A stretch of DNA of 64,000 nucleotides from an uncultured delta proteobacterium (GTDB lineage: Bacteria; Desulfobacterota; Syntrophia; Syntrophales; UBA2185): the NCBI GenBank assembly GCA_963729715.1, contig CAVSPA010000007.1, positions 441,051-505,050 on the forward strand. Direction: 5' to 3'. Below are positions 10,181 to 19,333 of the stretch, piece after piece. Made by a program: the position numbers and the translations under genes. The notes under the pieces were generated by a model. It worked only from the letters and a program-made list of their open reading frames with translations, did no database searches and was not told where the DNA came from. Position 1 is the first letter of the stretch. Every line of letters begins with the position of its first letter.

Positions 10181-11695
10181 ATGACAACACCGGTTCAACA
10201 AAAGATTCGTGACAAGAAGAGAACAGCACAGCAGATTTTGGATATGGTCAAGTCCGGAAACTGGATTCAGCCAGGTTCGGTCGGAGGTGATTCAACGGAA
10301 TGTATGATGGAGCTGGCAAAAAGGATCGGCCCAAAATTGAAGGACATTGAGCTTTGGAATTATGCTAATTTTTTCCCTCATCCCGAATTTCAGGCGACTG
10401 ACCCCATGCAGCAATATCACTGCTTCCACGAGTATTTCTTCTTTCCATGGAACCGCAAGGCAAGAGATACCAACAACGTAACGGACTGGGCGCACTGGGG
10501 ATGGGCAATGGGCATGTGGTTCGCCCATTATCGTTTCACTAATGCAATAAAGGAAAAGCGCGGGTTTGACTGGTGGTGGAATGCGGCTACGGCCTTTGAT
10601 GAGCACGGCTTTGCCAACTTCTCTTATGGCACGAACAACGCCAATATCTTCAGCCAGTGCGCAAAGAAGACCGTAATAGAAGTTCGTTCAGACTATCCCT
10701 GGGCCGAAGGCGGCCGCTTTAACACCATTAATATTGATGACATCGACTTCTGGGTCGAAGTGGACTGCGAGAAATACAAGTGGCCACAGATCAATGAAAA
10801 GGCCATCAAGGCAAAACCAGAGGAAGAGGCGATCGCAAAACATGTCATGACCATTATGAAGGATAGAGATATAATCCAGCTCGGTATCGGTTCTCTTCCC
10901 TCCGCGTGTGTAAGCGCTATGACCGACGCGGGACTCAAGGACCTCGGCATCCACACGGAGATGCTCAATGCCGGTCTTATCAAGCTGATCGAATCCGGTC
11001 AGGTGACAAACAAATACAAGACCCTCCCCGCCGACCGCGGCAAGAGCGTGTGGACATTCGCATTCCCCGTTGATGTGAAGTGGTACTATGACACTATCCA
11101 CAGGAACCAAGAGCTTGCGGCTTATGACATCAGTTACACGAATAACCTGCATAATCTCACAAGGCTCGACAACATGATCGCTATTGACAACTGCGTGGCT
11201 GTCGACCTTCTCGGACAGCAGTGTTCCGGCTTTTATGAAAAACGGCCGATCTCTAGCTCCGGCGGCTACTTCCATTTTGTCTCCTTCTGCGCCCAGTCTA
11301 GAGGCGGACGCGGCGTCGCCTCCATGACGGCACGAAGCAAGCACGGCACCTCGAGGATTGTTCCCTTCCTGCCTGAAGGATCATCAGTGGATGTCCCGGC
11401 TCAGTTAACAAATTACGTTTGTACTGAGTACGGCATCGTGAACCTGCGCGGTCTGTCCGGTTATGAAAGGGCCGCAGCGCTGATCTCCATTGCCCACCCC
11501 GATGACCGTGAGATGCTGGAAAAAGCGGCGAAAGAGAACGGCCTCCTTGCCCCGAAATTCCCCGTATCCATGATGCCGGTTGAGGGTAAGACCAGACGGT
11601 ATCCGTCCTACTCAGACAGACGGAACTACAAAATGGCCTTACACGGTGAGACATCAGGATTCGATTGGGAGCAGGGTTATCAATCAGCAAAATAA
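10181..11695 (+). CDS. Acetyl-CoA hydrolase/transferase family protein (4-hydroxybutyrate CoA-transferase-like)
   Basis: IQLGIGSLP, DLGIHTEM, VDLLGQ and VCTEYGIVNLRG...LISIAHPDDR; AAGGAGG RBS. Confidence 0.88.
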   Translation: MTTPVQQKIRDKKRTAQQILDMVKSGNWIQPGSVGGDSTECMMELAKRIGPKLKDIELWNYANFFPHPEFQATDPMQQYHCFHEYFFFPWNRKARDTNNVTDWAHWGWAMGMWFAHYRFTNAIKEKRGFDWWWNAATAFDEHGFANFSYGTNNANIFSQCAKKTVIEVRSDYPWAEGGRFNTINIDDIDFWVEVDCEKYKWPQINEKAIKAKPEEEAIAKHVMTIMKDRDIIQLGIGSLPSACVSAMTDAGLKDLGIHTEMLNAGLIKLIESGQVTNKYKTLPADRGKSVWTFAFPVDVKWYYDTIHRNQELAAYDISYTNNLHNLTRLDNMIAIDNCVAVDLLGQQCSGFYEKRPISSSGGYFHFVSFCAQSRGGRGVASMTARSKHGTSRIVPFLPEGSSVDVPAQLTNYVCTEYGIVNLRGLSGYERAAALISIAHPDDREMLEKAAKENGLLAPKFPVSMMPVEGKTRRYPSYSDRRNYKMALHGETSGFDWEQGYQSAK

Positions 11696-11713
11696 GTTGT
11701 TTCGCGTTATACG

Positions 11714-11749
11714 ACTTGAGAAGCCCGGATTATCCGGGCTTTTCGAGTT
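11714..11749 (+). terminator. Hairpin / probable terminator
   Basis: AAGCCCGGAT-T-ATCCGGGCTT followed by TT. Confidence 0.6.
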
Positions 11750-11837
11750 AAGTTGCCAAAGCCAGTCAGTTTAAACTTCCATGCGCGGCTTCGACAGCTG
11801 ATTAAATAAATCTCAATTTATCAGGAGGTATTTGTGT

Positions 11838-13028
11838 ATGGCGTTAGATTTTAATTTTACAGATGAACAAAAGATGTTGGAGGACAGCGTTTACAAGTGG
11901 GGACTTAGCTGGCTGGACCCACAGATGGAGCATCTATATGAAGTCGATGAGATGCCACCGACTCTTTTCAAGGAGCTGGGGAACCTGGGTGTGAACGGAA
12001 TCGTCTTTGAGGAAAAGTATGGCGGTACGGCTCTGGGATATGTGGAAACGCTCCTCGTTTATGAGACGATCGCGCGTGTGAGTAACGCCCTGTCCATGAC
12101 TGTCGGCGCAAGCCAGACCCTCTGCTTCGACAACTTCCGGCGCAACGCATCGGAAAAACAGAAGATGTATGTCCTTCCCAAGTCCTGCACCGGCGAGTGG
12201 GTCGGATGCCTTGGAATCACCGAACCAAACGCCGGCTCCGACGCGATGAGCATGGCGACAAAGGCGGAGAAAAAGGGAGACAAGTACATCATCAACGGCA
12301 GCAAAATCTTCATCACCAACGGTCCGGTAGCGGACTTCATGACATTTTACGCGAAGACAGATCCGGCCGCGGGCCCGAAGGGTATTTCCGCGTTCTTCTT
12401 CGAGTTCGACAAGGTCAAGGGTGTTACGAGGGAGAAGATTAAGAAATGGGGTATGAGGACATCCCCCACGGCTTTGATCACCTTTGAAGATGTCGAACTG
12501 CCGGCAGAGAACCTCATCGGCGGTTTGAACAAAGGCGTCTCCGTTCTCACGAGCGGCCTCTGCACGGAAAGAATCACCCTCTCCGGCTGCACTCTCGGCA
12601 GCCAGAGAAGCTGTCTTGAGCTTAGCTTGAAGTATGCGAAGGAAAGGGTACAGTTCGGAAAGCCCATCATCAGCTATCAGGCCATACAGGAAAAGCTCGC
12701 AAATATGTACACGGGTTACCTGGCCTCCAAGTGGATGGCATACAGCGCGGCCGCATATTGCGACACCTTGGCAAATAAGGTTGGCGGAAAGGGCACGGAC
12801 CTCGACCGTATGGCAGCCGCGGCTCTTCTGTTCTGCGGCGAGATGGGAACAAAGATCGGCCTCGACGCCATCCAGGTCTTCGGCGGTTACGGCTACTGCA
12901 CGGAATACGCCGTTACGAGGCATTTCCTGGATCAGAAACTCTGGGAGATCGGCGCTGGTACGTCCGAGATCAGAAGGATGATCATTGCAAGAGAGCTCAT
13001 GAGGGACGACTTCAAGAGCGGCAAATAA
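11838..13028 (+). CDS. ivd: Acyl-CoA dehydrogenase, isovaleryl-CoA dehydrogenase type
   Basis: ITEPNAGSD and NGSKIFITNGP; IVD-type signature ..ERI.. plus WEIGAGTSEIRR instead of YEGT. Confidence 0.8.
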   Translation: MALDFNFTDEQKMLEDSVYKWGLSWLDPQMEHLYEVDEMPPTLFKELGNLGVNGIVFEEKYGGTALGYVETLLVYETIARVSNALSMTVGASQTLCFDNFRRNASEKQKMYVLPKSCTGEWVGCLGITEPNAGSDAMSMATKAEKKGDKYIINGSKIFITNGPVADFMTFYAKTDPAAGPKGISAFFFEFDKVKGVTREKIKKWGMRTSPTALITFEDVELPAENLIGGLNKGVSVLTSGLCTERITLSGCTLGSQRSCLELSLKYAKERVQFGKPIISYQAIQEKLANMYTGYLASKWMAYSAAAYCDTLANKVGGKGTDLDRMAAAALLFCGEMGTKIGLDAIQVFGGYGYCTEYAVTRHFLDQKLWEIGAGTSEIRRMIIARELMRDDFKSGK

Positions 13029-13063
13029 ACCAAACCCGAATTTTCATTTAATATATCGGTTCA

Positions 13064-13108
13064 TAACAAGAAGGGCGCTGCCATGAAAGCAGCGCCCTTC
13101 TTTGTTAA
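13064..13108. terminator. Bidirectional intrinsic terminator between convergent ivd and atoE
   Basis: AAGAAGGGCGCTGC...GCAGCGCCCTTCTT with A/T flanks. Confidence 0.75.
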
Positions 13109-13137
13109 TCACAGCCCTCGCTTCAACCGCTGTCCCG

Positions 13138-14556
13138 TCACTTCATCGGGGGGACGAAGGGAATCCATTGCGCAAAGAGCCAGCAGAGGAAGAAGACGAG
13201 CGGTATGTGTACAAACATCTGGAGCACTGAATAGCCCACAAGGTCGCGGGCCTTCATATGGAGCAGCCCCAAAAGCGGCAGCATCCAGAACGGGTTCAGT
13301 AGGTTCGGCAGGGCCTCGGCTGCATTGTAGATCACCACCACCCATCCAAGATTCACCTGGTGCTGTATTGCGGCCTGCAGGACATAAGGCGCCTCGATGA
13401 CCCACTTGCTTCCCCCTGAGGGAATAAAAACACCCAGGATGGACGAATAAGCGGCCACCAGAAGCGGGTAGGTTCCCTGGGTCGTGATACTGTAAAAGAG
13501 GTCGGCCAACCACTTGTTGATCCCCGTACCGACGATCATCCCGAAGATCACGGCGTAGAAGGGGAACTGGATCAGAACGCCGCCTGTTGCGGGAACCGAC
13601 TGCGCCACGGCCTTGAGGAACCGTTTCGGGCGCCAGTGCAGAATCATGCCGACAGTGATGAAAATCAAGTTATAGTTATTGAGGTCCAGAGCCGCGATGG
13701 GTCCCCTGGGATCACTGGCGAAGAGGTGTATCAGATACCAACAAAGAAGACCTGCCACGAGGATGATCATCAGAGGGCTGTATTCAAGCCACTCTCCCGG
13801 TTTCTGGCGCGTCTCGATGCTCGTATCGATCTCGTCAAATTTCAGGTTGAAGTAATCTACTGTCTTGGCTCGCTCGGGTTTCGGAGCCGAGAAGTAGGCA
13901 ATGGGTACCGAAACCGCAATGAGAGCGACTATCATCCAGAAATTCTGCCAGATGAAAAGTGTCTGAGTCAGGGGGATTAGACCGCTGATCTCAAAGAGTT
14001 TAGGCGGAATGGCCCCCTTTGTGGCCATCATGAGGGGCGCCGAGGAGGAAAGACCGAGGGCCCAGATGGCGCCCAGTCCCAGGTAGGCTGCGGCCCCTGC
14101 CGCCCGGTAGTCCATTCCCTTAACCCTTCTCGTCAATTCGCGGACCAAAAGGCCGCTGAAGATGAGGCTTAACCCCCAGGAGATCAGGGAAGTCACCAGA
14201 GACAAGAAGGCAACAAAGGCGACGGCTCCCCTTCCCGTCTTGGGGATTCCGGCCACCTTCTGGATCACCCAGTAAACGGCGGGAGTAGAGGCAAGCACAT
14301 ATCCGCCGATAATAATGAACGCCATCTGCATGGTAAAGGGTATCAGGACCCAGAATGCCTTGCCGCCCTCGGTCGCGAGCTTTCCGGGACTCTCACCGAT
14401 GAGAAGACCAAAGACAAAAACGATAACAATGCCCACAAGGGCAAATACCCACGCGTCGGGAAACCATTTTTCACTCCACGCCGCCAGCCCCAGGCCGAAG
14501 CGCTCAAGAACCCCTTCTTGCGGCTTGCCAGCGTCCGAATTCTTCTTTTCTGCCAT
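13138..14556 (-). CDS. atoE: Short-chain fatty acid transporter (AtoE family)
   Basis: EKWFPDAWVFA, FTMQMA, GLSSSAPL, QFPFYA, PSGGSKW and PFWMLP; multi-TM. Confidence 0.88.
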   Translation of the reverse strand: MAEKKNSDAGKPQEGVLERFGLGLAAWSEKWFPDAWVFALVGIVIVFVFGLLIGESPGKLATEGGKAFWVLIPFTMQMAFIIIGGYVLASTPAVYWVIQKVAGIPKTGRGAVAFVAFLSLVTSLISWGLSLIFSGLLVRELTRRVKGMDYRAAGAAAYLGLGAIWALGLSSSAPLMMATKGAIPPKLFEISGLIPLTQTLFIWQNFWMIVALIAVSVPIAYFSAPKPERAKTVDYFNLKFDEIDTSIETRQKPGEWLEYSPLMIILVAGLLCWYLIHLFASDPRGPIAALDLNNYNLIFITVGMILHWRPKRFLKAVAQSVPATGGVLIQFPFYAVIFGMIVGTGINKWLADLFYSITTQGTYPLLVAAYSSILGVFIPSGGSKWVIEAPYVLQAAIQHQVNLGWVVVIYNAAEALPNLLNPFWMLPLLGLLHMKARDLVGYSVLQMFVHIPLVFFLCWLFAQWIPFVPPMK

Positions 14557-14712
14557 TTTTCATTCTCCTTTCATAAGGCATATTCTTAAAATATCACCGA
14601 TAGAAGCACTCATTTATGTGAGACGCCAACAGCAAAATAATAAGAAATAATAAACCCGAAATTAAACTGTATTACAGCATCACCTCACTTTATATAATCA
14701 CTTATCACTCTT

Positions 14713-14750
14713 AAAAAAATAAAAAACCCCGTCCTCTAAAAAAACGGGGT
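14713..14750 (-). terminator. Intrinsic terminator (candidate attenuator 3:4 stem)
   Basis: Minus strand ACCCCGTTTT...AGAGGACGGGGT then TTTTTATTTTTTT. Confidence 0.8.
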
Positions 14751-14790
14751 ATCCAAAGACGATCCGCTCATAGTTCTTTCCCCGCGGCTC

Positions 14791-14835
14791 TCATAGAACC
14801 GCCAACACGGTAAGTGCTTTTGTAAGAGAACTCAT
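14791..14835 (-). CDS. Putative 14-aa leader peptide MSSLTKALTVLAVL (Leu/Val attenuator)
   Basis: ATG AGT TCT CTT ACA AAA GCA CTT ACC GTG TTG GCG GTT CTA TGA, followed by mutually exclusive hairpins and a terminator; no obvious SD. Confidence 0.55.
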   Translation of the reverse strand: MSSLTKALTVLAVL

Positions 14836-14938
14836 AACAAAATAAACATCAAACTTCAACCTTTTTTGTCGCTTCTGCGAATCAGGCAGCGACCAGTTCC
14901 TCAACTGTCATATCCCTTGAAGATCGAAGACGCTCAGC

Positions 14939-15274
14939 CTACAGAATGGGGTTCTTCTCCGGAGGCCGCCTTTCCGGCACATACACGTGCGGAATCTTAT
15001 CTTCGTACCATTCCTTCGAGACATAGAGATTGCAGTAGCAGCTTCCGTATTCTTCCACATCCGGCGCGCGATAGACACAGGGACAGATAATGTCTTTATC
15101 TTTTTCCCGATCTCCTGATGCCAGCCGGCAGGGACATGACGTGTATCCGTAACGCTCCTTGTTCGTAAGAAGTCCTCTCAGGATATCAAGCACCCAATCC
15201 TTATCCCTGCTAAAAAAATAGCCTTTGGGTTCTTGCATTTTCCTCAACATCTCATAAAGCTCGTTGACTTCCAT
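14939..15274 (-). CDS. Ferredoxin-thioredoxin reductase catalytic subunit-like protein
   Basis: YGYTSCPCR, ICPCVY and CYCNLY. Confidence 0.9.
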   Translation of the reverse strand: MEVNELYEMLRKMQEPKGYFFSRDKDWVLDILRGLLTNKERYGYTSCPCRLASGDREKDKDIICPCVYRAPDVEEYGSCYCNLYVSKEWYEDKIPHVYVPERRPPEKNPIL

Positions 15275-15525
15275 CACAGTCCCAGTGCGTTTCTGATCTT
15301 CGTCTCTTCAAATCCCACAATGATTCTGTCTCCGATGACAATCGTGGGAAATGTGCATTGCGGATTTAATTTCTTTACATCCTCTATAATGATCTTCTTC
15401 TCCTCATTGGAAAGCAAATCCACATCCGTGAATTCGTACTTCACGTGACATTCGTCGAGCAATCTCTTCGTTGACTTGCAGTGGCTGCACGTACTTAACG
15501 TATATATTTTGACAGGCGGCTGCAT
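15274..15525 (-). CDS. Glutaredoxin family protein
   Basis: YTLSTCSHC, TFPT and IVGF; stop overlaps the FTRc start. Confidence 0.9.
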   Translation of the reverse strand: MQPPVKIYTLSTCSHCKSTKRLLDECHVKYEFTDVDLLSNEEKKIIIEDVKKLNPQCTFPTIVIGDRIIVGFEETKIRNALGL

Positions 15526-15601
15526 ATATGATCTCCTTTCTTTTTTTCTGTCATCATATTAAACCATCACGCATTACTTTTCAATCCCGTTCCGTGAGAA
15601 C

Positions 15602-16039
15602 CTATTGTGCTTGAGATACGTCCATAGTAATAGCCTCAACAGGACATTCCCGGGCACAGAAGCCGCATCCGATGCAGGCCTTCTCATTCGCCATATAAGG
15701 GCGTCCATGAGGATCACCGTGAGTTGATGCGCCAGACAGGTCAAGACAATGAACCGGACAGGCATCGATGCAGATCCTGCAGGACATGCAGGTCATTTTA
15801 TCAAATTGCGGTTTTTCCCACAGAGATTTCTTTACCACTATATAGGAAATGCCGAAGGGGTCATTTACTGCTTTTGCCGGACAGATGCGCCCGCAGGCGC
15901 CACATTCAATGCATCGATCTTTCGCAATGACGTGAAGCGCATTCTTATTTCCCGTAATGGCTTCAGCCGGACACAACCTCTTGCATGCGCCACAGCCATT
16001 ACACTTATCCGTAATCCTATACGCCATATTCCTCGCCAC
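15602..16039 (-). CDS. Polyferredoxin (four 4Fe-4S motifs)
   Basis: Four CxxCxxCxxxCP motifs. Confidence 0.9.
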   Translation of the reverse strand: MARNMAYRITDKCNGCGACKRLCPAEAITGNKNALHVIAKDRCIECGACGRICPAKAVNDPFGISYIVVKKSLWEKPQFDKMTCMSCRICIDACPVHCLDLSGASTHGDPHGRPYMANEKACIGCGFCARECPVEAITMDVSQAQ

Positions 16040-17984
16040 GGATTCTCAAATGGTCAATATCCTCTTCCGTTGGTCTCCCCGTCTTGGAATCCCAACCGAA
16101 CTGCCCATAGTAATCGCTTATCAATTTTTCCATGTCCACCGTTCTTCCCCGGTTTGCGCCTTCGGTCTGCGCCGGTTTCCCAATTACCCTATCGCCCGGC
16201 CGAAACGTCCTGGGATCTATGCCATGTTTGATATTAAAGGCCTGCTTCAGTGTCTGGATTTGCGCCCCGATATCAAGATATTCCTCAGGAGTCTTTTTCC
16301 ATCCTGTCGCCGCATTCAACCAGGAAAATGTCGGCGTCCTAGTTGCGCCCAGAAAGACGCCGAATAGGCATAGACCGGCACAATTGACGATATTCATGAA
16401 CTTGCTGCAGGCAGCGGCCGTCACCGCTTTCTCTTCATCTGCCATATATTTTCTGCCCTTGAAATAGAGAGGCTTCACGCGCGGTAGCCTTTTTGCCACC
16501 TTCCAGAGCTGGAACATCTCATAATACATCTGTGCACCTACGGTGTGCCTGCCTGGTGCGGCCTCCACAGAGTAATGAACGTTATACCCGGGGTCGTTCC
16601 GGCCGTCGTGCATGGGGAGATCCTGGCCGCCCGCATGGATTGCGGACGCTGCTGCTTTCTTGCCGATCTTCCGCGCCGCCACCCTTGAACCATCTGCCAG
16701 CACATCGCCGATGCCCTCCCGCCTGATCATTTTTTCAATCAGCGCAACGATTGCGTCCGCATTCCCCCAGGTCAGTTCGAGTCCATCCGTATCTTTTTTT
16801 GTGAGGATGCCTGCCTCATAGCACTCAATGGCAAAAGCCGCCGTGCTGCCCGCAGATATTGTATCCATGCCGGCCCTGTTCAATATCTCATTCAGATGAA
16901 AGATGCTGTCCACGTCCGCATTCATGCACAGACCGCCTAAGGAAAGAACTGTCTCATACTCCGGCTTGTGTGTCTCGCCGTATTTCCCCTTCGTTACACA
17001 TATGCCGCCGCAGCCCAAAGGACAGGCATAGCAGTGATACTTAACCTTTTCATGCTTTCCGATTGCGTCAGGGTTTACGGCCAGAGACTTCATAATTCCC
17101 CAGTCCACGTTGCTGCCCCGCCAGTTCTTTACCGGCGCATCCCCCATCTCAACAGACATCTGGTTCATGCCGCCTGTGCCCCACTTCTTTAGCAGCATCT
17201 TATAGACCATCCCGTCCATGGCCATCTGCACTGGCAGGATCCTCATGAGGGCTCCGACATACGCAGCCACCGGACCGGCAAAAATAGGCGGTTGAAACTG
17301 CACCCACCGGTTGCATATCTGGCTCAATCTCTTTATCTCAGCCCTGTTATGGACATCGATTCTTTTTTTGCCATCGAGGACAATGGCCTTTAGCCTCTTT
17401 GCGCCCATGACAGCGCCGAGACCCGACCGCGCCGCCATTCTCCCTTTGTCGTTGCAAATTCCTGCAATTAGAGAAAGCCTCTCTCCTGCGGGACCGATGA
17501 CGGCAACCCGCGAATTGGCATTTGTTTCGGCGACCAGCATCGCCTCTGATTCTACGGCATCCCTGCCCCACAGGTGTGACGCATCGCGAAGCTCTGCGCC
17601 GTCGTCATTCACATAAAGATAGACAGGCTTCTCGCTTATTCCTGTGAAAAAAATGCCGTCAAAGCCGCAACGCTTGATCGCCGGTGAAAGACTGCCGCCG
17701 CAGTTTGCCTCCCCCCATCCGCCAGTGAGGGGTGATTTGCCCACTACCATCCATCTTCCAGCAAAAAGACTCCCCGTCCCCGTCAGAAGGCCAGAGATAA
17801 AGCCAATGATATTTTCAGGACCGAGGGGATCGGCGCCGGCAGGAATTCTGTCATAGAGAATACAAGCAGCCAAACCCATGCCGGAGAGGTATTGTTCGTA
17901 AACACGGTCGGAAACGACCTCCTCACGTGTAACATGCGTGGAAAGGTCTACCGTTAAGATTTTGCCCATATATCCGAAATGCAC
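16017..17984 (-). CDS. aor: Aldehyde:ferredoxin oxidoreductase (W-dependent AOR family)
   Basis: GYMGKILTVDL, KSPLTG, AARSGLGAVMGAKRLKA, CYACPLGC, PEYET and GMDTIS. Confidence 0.9.
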   Translation of the reverse strand: MHFGYMGKILTVDLSTHVTREEVVSDRVYEQYLSGMGLAACILYDRIPAGADPLGPENIIGFISGLLTGTGSLFAGRWMVVGKSPLTGGWGEANCGGSLSPAIKRCGFDGIFFTGISEKPVYLYVNDDGAELRDASHLWGRDAVESEAMLVAETNANSRVAVIGPAGERLSLIAGICNDKGRMAARSGLGAVMGAKRLKAIVLDGKKRIDVHNRAEIKRLSQICNRWVQFQPPIFAGPVAAYVGALMRILPVQMAMDGMVYKMLLKKWGTGGMNQMSVEMGDAPVKNWRGSNVDWGIMKSLAVNPDAIGKHEKVKYHCYACPLGCGGICVTKGKYGETHKPEYETVLSLGGLCMNADVDSIFHLNEILNRAGMDTISAGSTAAFAIECYEAGILTKKDTDGLELTWGNADAIVALIEKMIRREGIGDVLADGSRVAARKIGKKAAASAIHAGGQDLPMHDGRNDPGYNVHYSVEAAPGRHTVGAQMYYEMFQLWKVAKRLPRVKPLYFKGRKYMADEEKAVTAAACSKFMNIVNCAGLCLFGVFLGATRTPTFSWLNAATGWKKTPEEYLDIGAQIQTLKQAFNIKHGIDPRTFRPGDRVIGKPAQTEGANRGRTVDMEKLISDYYGQFGWDSKTGRPTEEDIDHLRIRGEEYGV

Positions 17985-18073
17985 CCTGATCTCCTTGGTA
18001 AGTCACTCGTTGGTTCAAATAAGAGACTTGAACCGGCAAATGATCTTCTGTATCTGGGATAACTAATTTTTCA

Positions 18074-19321
18074 TTATCCTTTTTTTATCAGGCCTGTGTC
18101 GAGCGGCCTTCCTTCCCAGGCCGCCTCCAGCACCATGAGAAAATCGTCGTAATCCAGGTCTTCAGGATTGTAAGAGATGGACCCGTCTCTTAAGGCCGTT
18201 TCAGCAATATCCGGCAGCTTCTCTCTTGGTACCATTTCTCTTCCATCTCTGTAGAGAGCCTCCTTAAAGAAGCGCGCATGCCTTCCGCCCGTTGCTTCAT
18301 AAAGTCCCTGGTTCATCCGGCGGATGAGGGCGATAACGCTTTGGGCTCTCTCTTCCTTTAGGGTTGCGGCATACGCTTCAGCACCCGCCATGGGGAGCAG
18401 CAGCTCCGCCGTGAGTTGGCCGTTTTTGTGCATATTATACTCCAACCCATAGGGAAGGAGAATCGCCATGCATGCTCCGTGGGGAACACCGCAGACAGAG
18501 CCAACAGAATGGCCAAGGGTATGCACCATGCCGACCATGGAGTTCCCGAAGGCAATGCCTGCCAGGGTCGCGGCACTGGCCATGCCGAGACGTCCCTTTT
18601 TATCACCGGGATTCACCGTCACCTTAAGGAGATTCTCGCTGATTAGTCTGATGGCTGCTAAGGCATGGGCGTCGCTCAGAGGATTTTTTGCGAGACACGT
18701 GTACGCCTCCACAGCATGCGAAAGCGCATCCATGCCAGTAGCCGCAGTGATGGTCGGCGGCAGGGTGAGGGTCATCCGGGAATCTACGATGGAAGCATCG
18801 GGTAAAAGAAAATTGCTGACGAAGGCCATTTTCAGATGTTTTTCATGATCCTTGATCACTGCCACCAGGGTGACTTCGGAGCCCGTTCCCGCGGTCGTTG
18901 GTATCGCTATCAGGGGCCTCAATGCCCGCCTCAAGGCGTTGGCACCGCTGAACCTCATCAGGTCATCAGCATTCTCAGAAACGATTATATTAATTCCCTT
19001 GGCCGTATCCATGACAGAGCCGCCGCCTATGGCAAGGAGAGAATCGCAACCTTTCTCACGATACACCCGTGCCAGGCGGTTCACAATCCTCAAGTCCGAA
19101 TCGGGAGGAACATCGTCGGCGATCGCGGCGATGTTAACGCTGTCGCTGATGGCATCAACCACAATGTCAATCAACCCGGCGCCGACTACGCCCTTATCTG
19201 TGACGATCATAGGCCTTTGAGCAGTCAGTTCGGCAAGAGTGGCCGGGATCCGCTCCAGGGCATCATGGCCGGAGATGATTTTAACCCTGCAGCAGAATTC
19301 ATAGTACCCCGGCATGTCCAT
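18074..19321 (-). CDS. Iron-containing alcohol dehydrogenase
   Basis: GGGSVMD, PTTAGTGSE, GMDALSHAVEAY, MVH and VPHG (all four metal ligands). Confidence 0.9.
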   Translation of the reverse strand: MDMPGYYEFCCRVKIISGHDALERIPATLAELTAQRPMIVTDKGVVGAGLIDIVVDAISDSVNIAAIADDVPPDSDLRIVNRLARVYREKGCDSLLAIGGGSVMDTAKGINIIVSENADDLMRFSGANALRRALRPLIAIPTTAGTGSEVTLVAVIKDHEKHLKMAFVSNFLLPDASIVDSRMTLTLPPTITAATGMDALSHAVEAYTCLAKNPLSDAHALAAIRLISENLLKVTVNPGDKKGRLGMASAATLAGIAFGNSMVGMVHTLGHSVGSVCGVPHGACMAILLPYGLEYNMHKNGQLTAELLLPMAGAEAYAATLKEERAQSVIALIRRMNQGLYEATGGRHARFFKEALYRDGREMVPREKLPDIAETALRDGSISYNPEDLDYDDFLMVLEAAWEGRPLDTGLIKKG

Positions 19322-19333
19322 CGCGTGCTCCTT

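Noticed and set aside
11934..12923. Long antisense ORFs (also 36434-37288, 56022-57086, 57663-58487, 45986-46546)
   Set aside because: They are shadows of well-supported genes on the opposite strand and carry no motifs.
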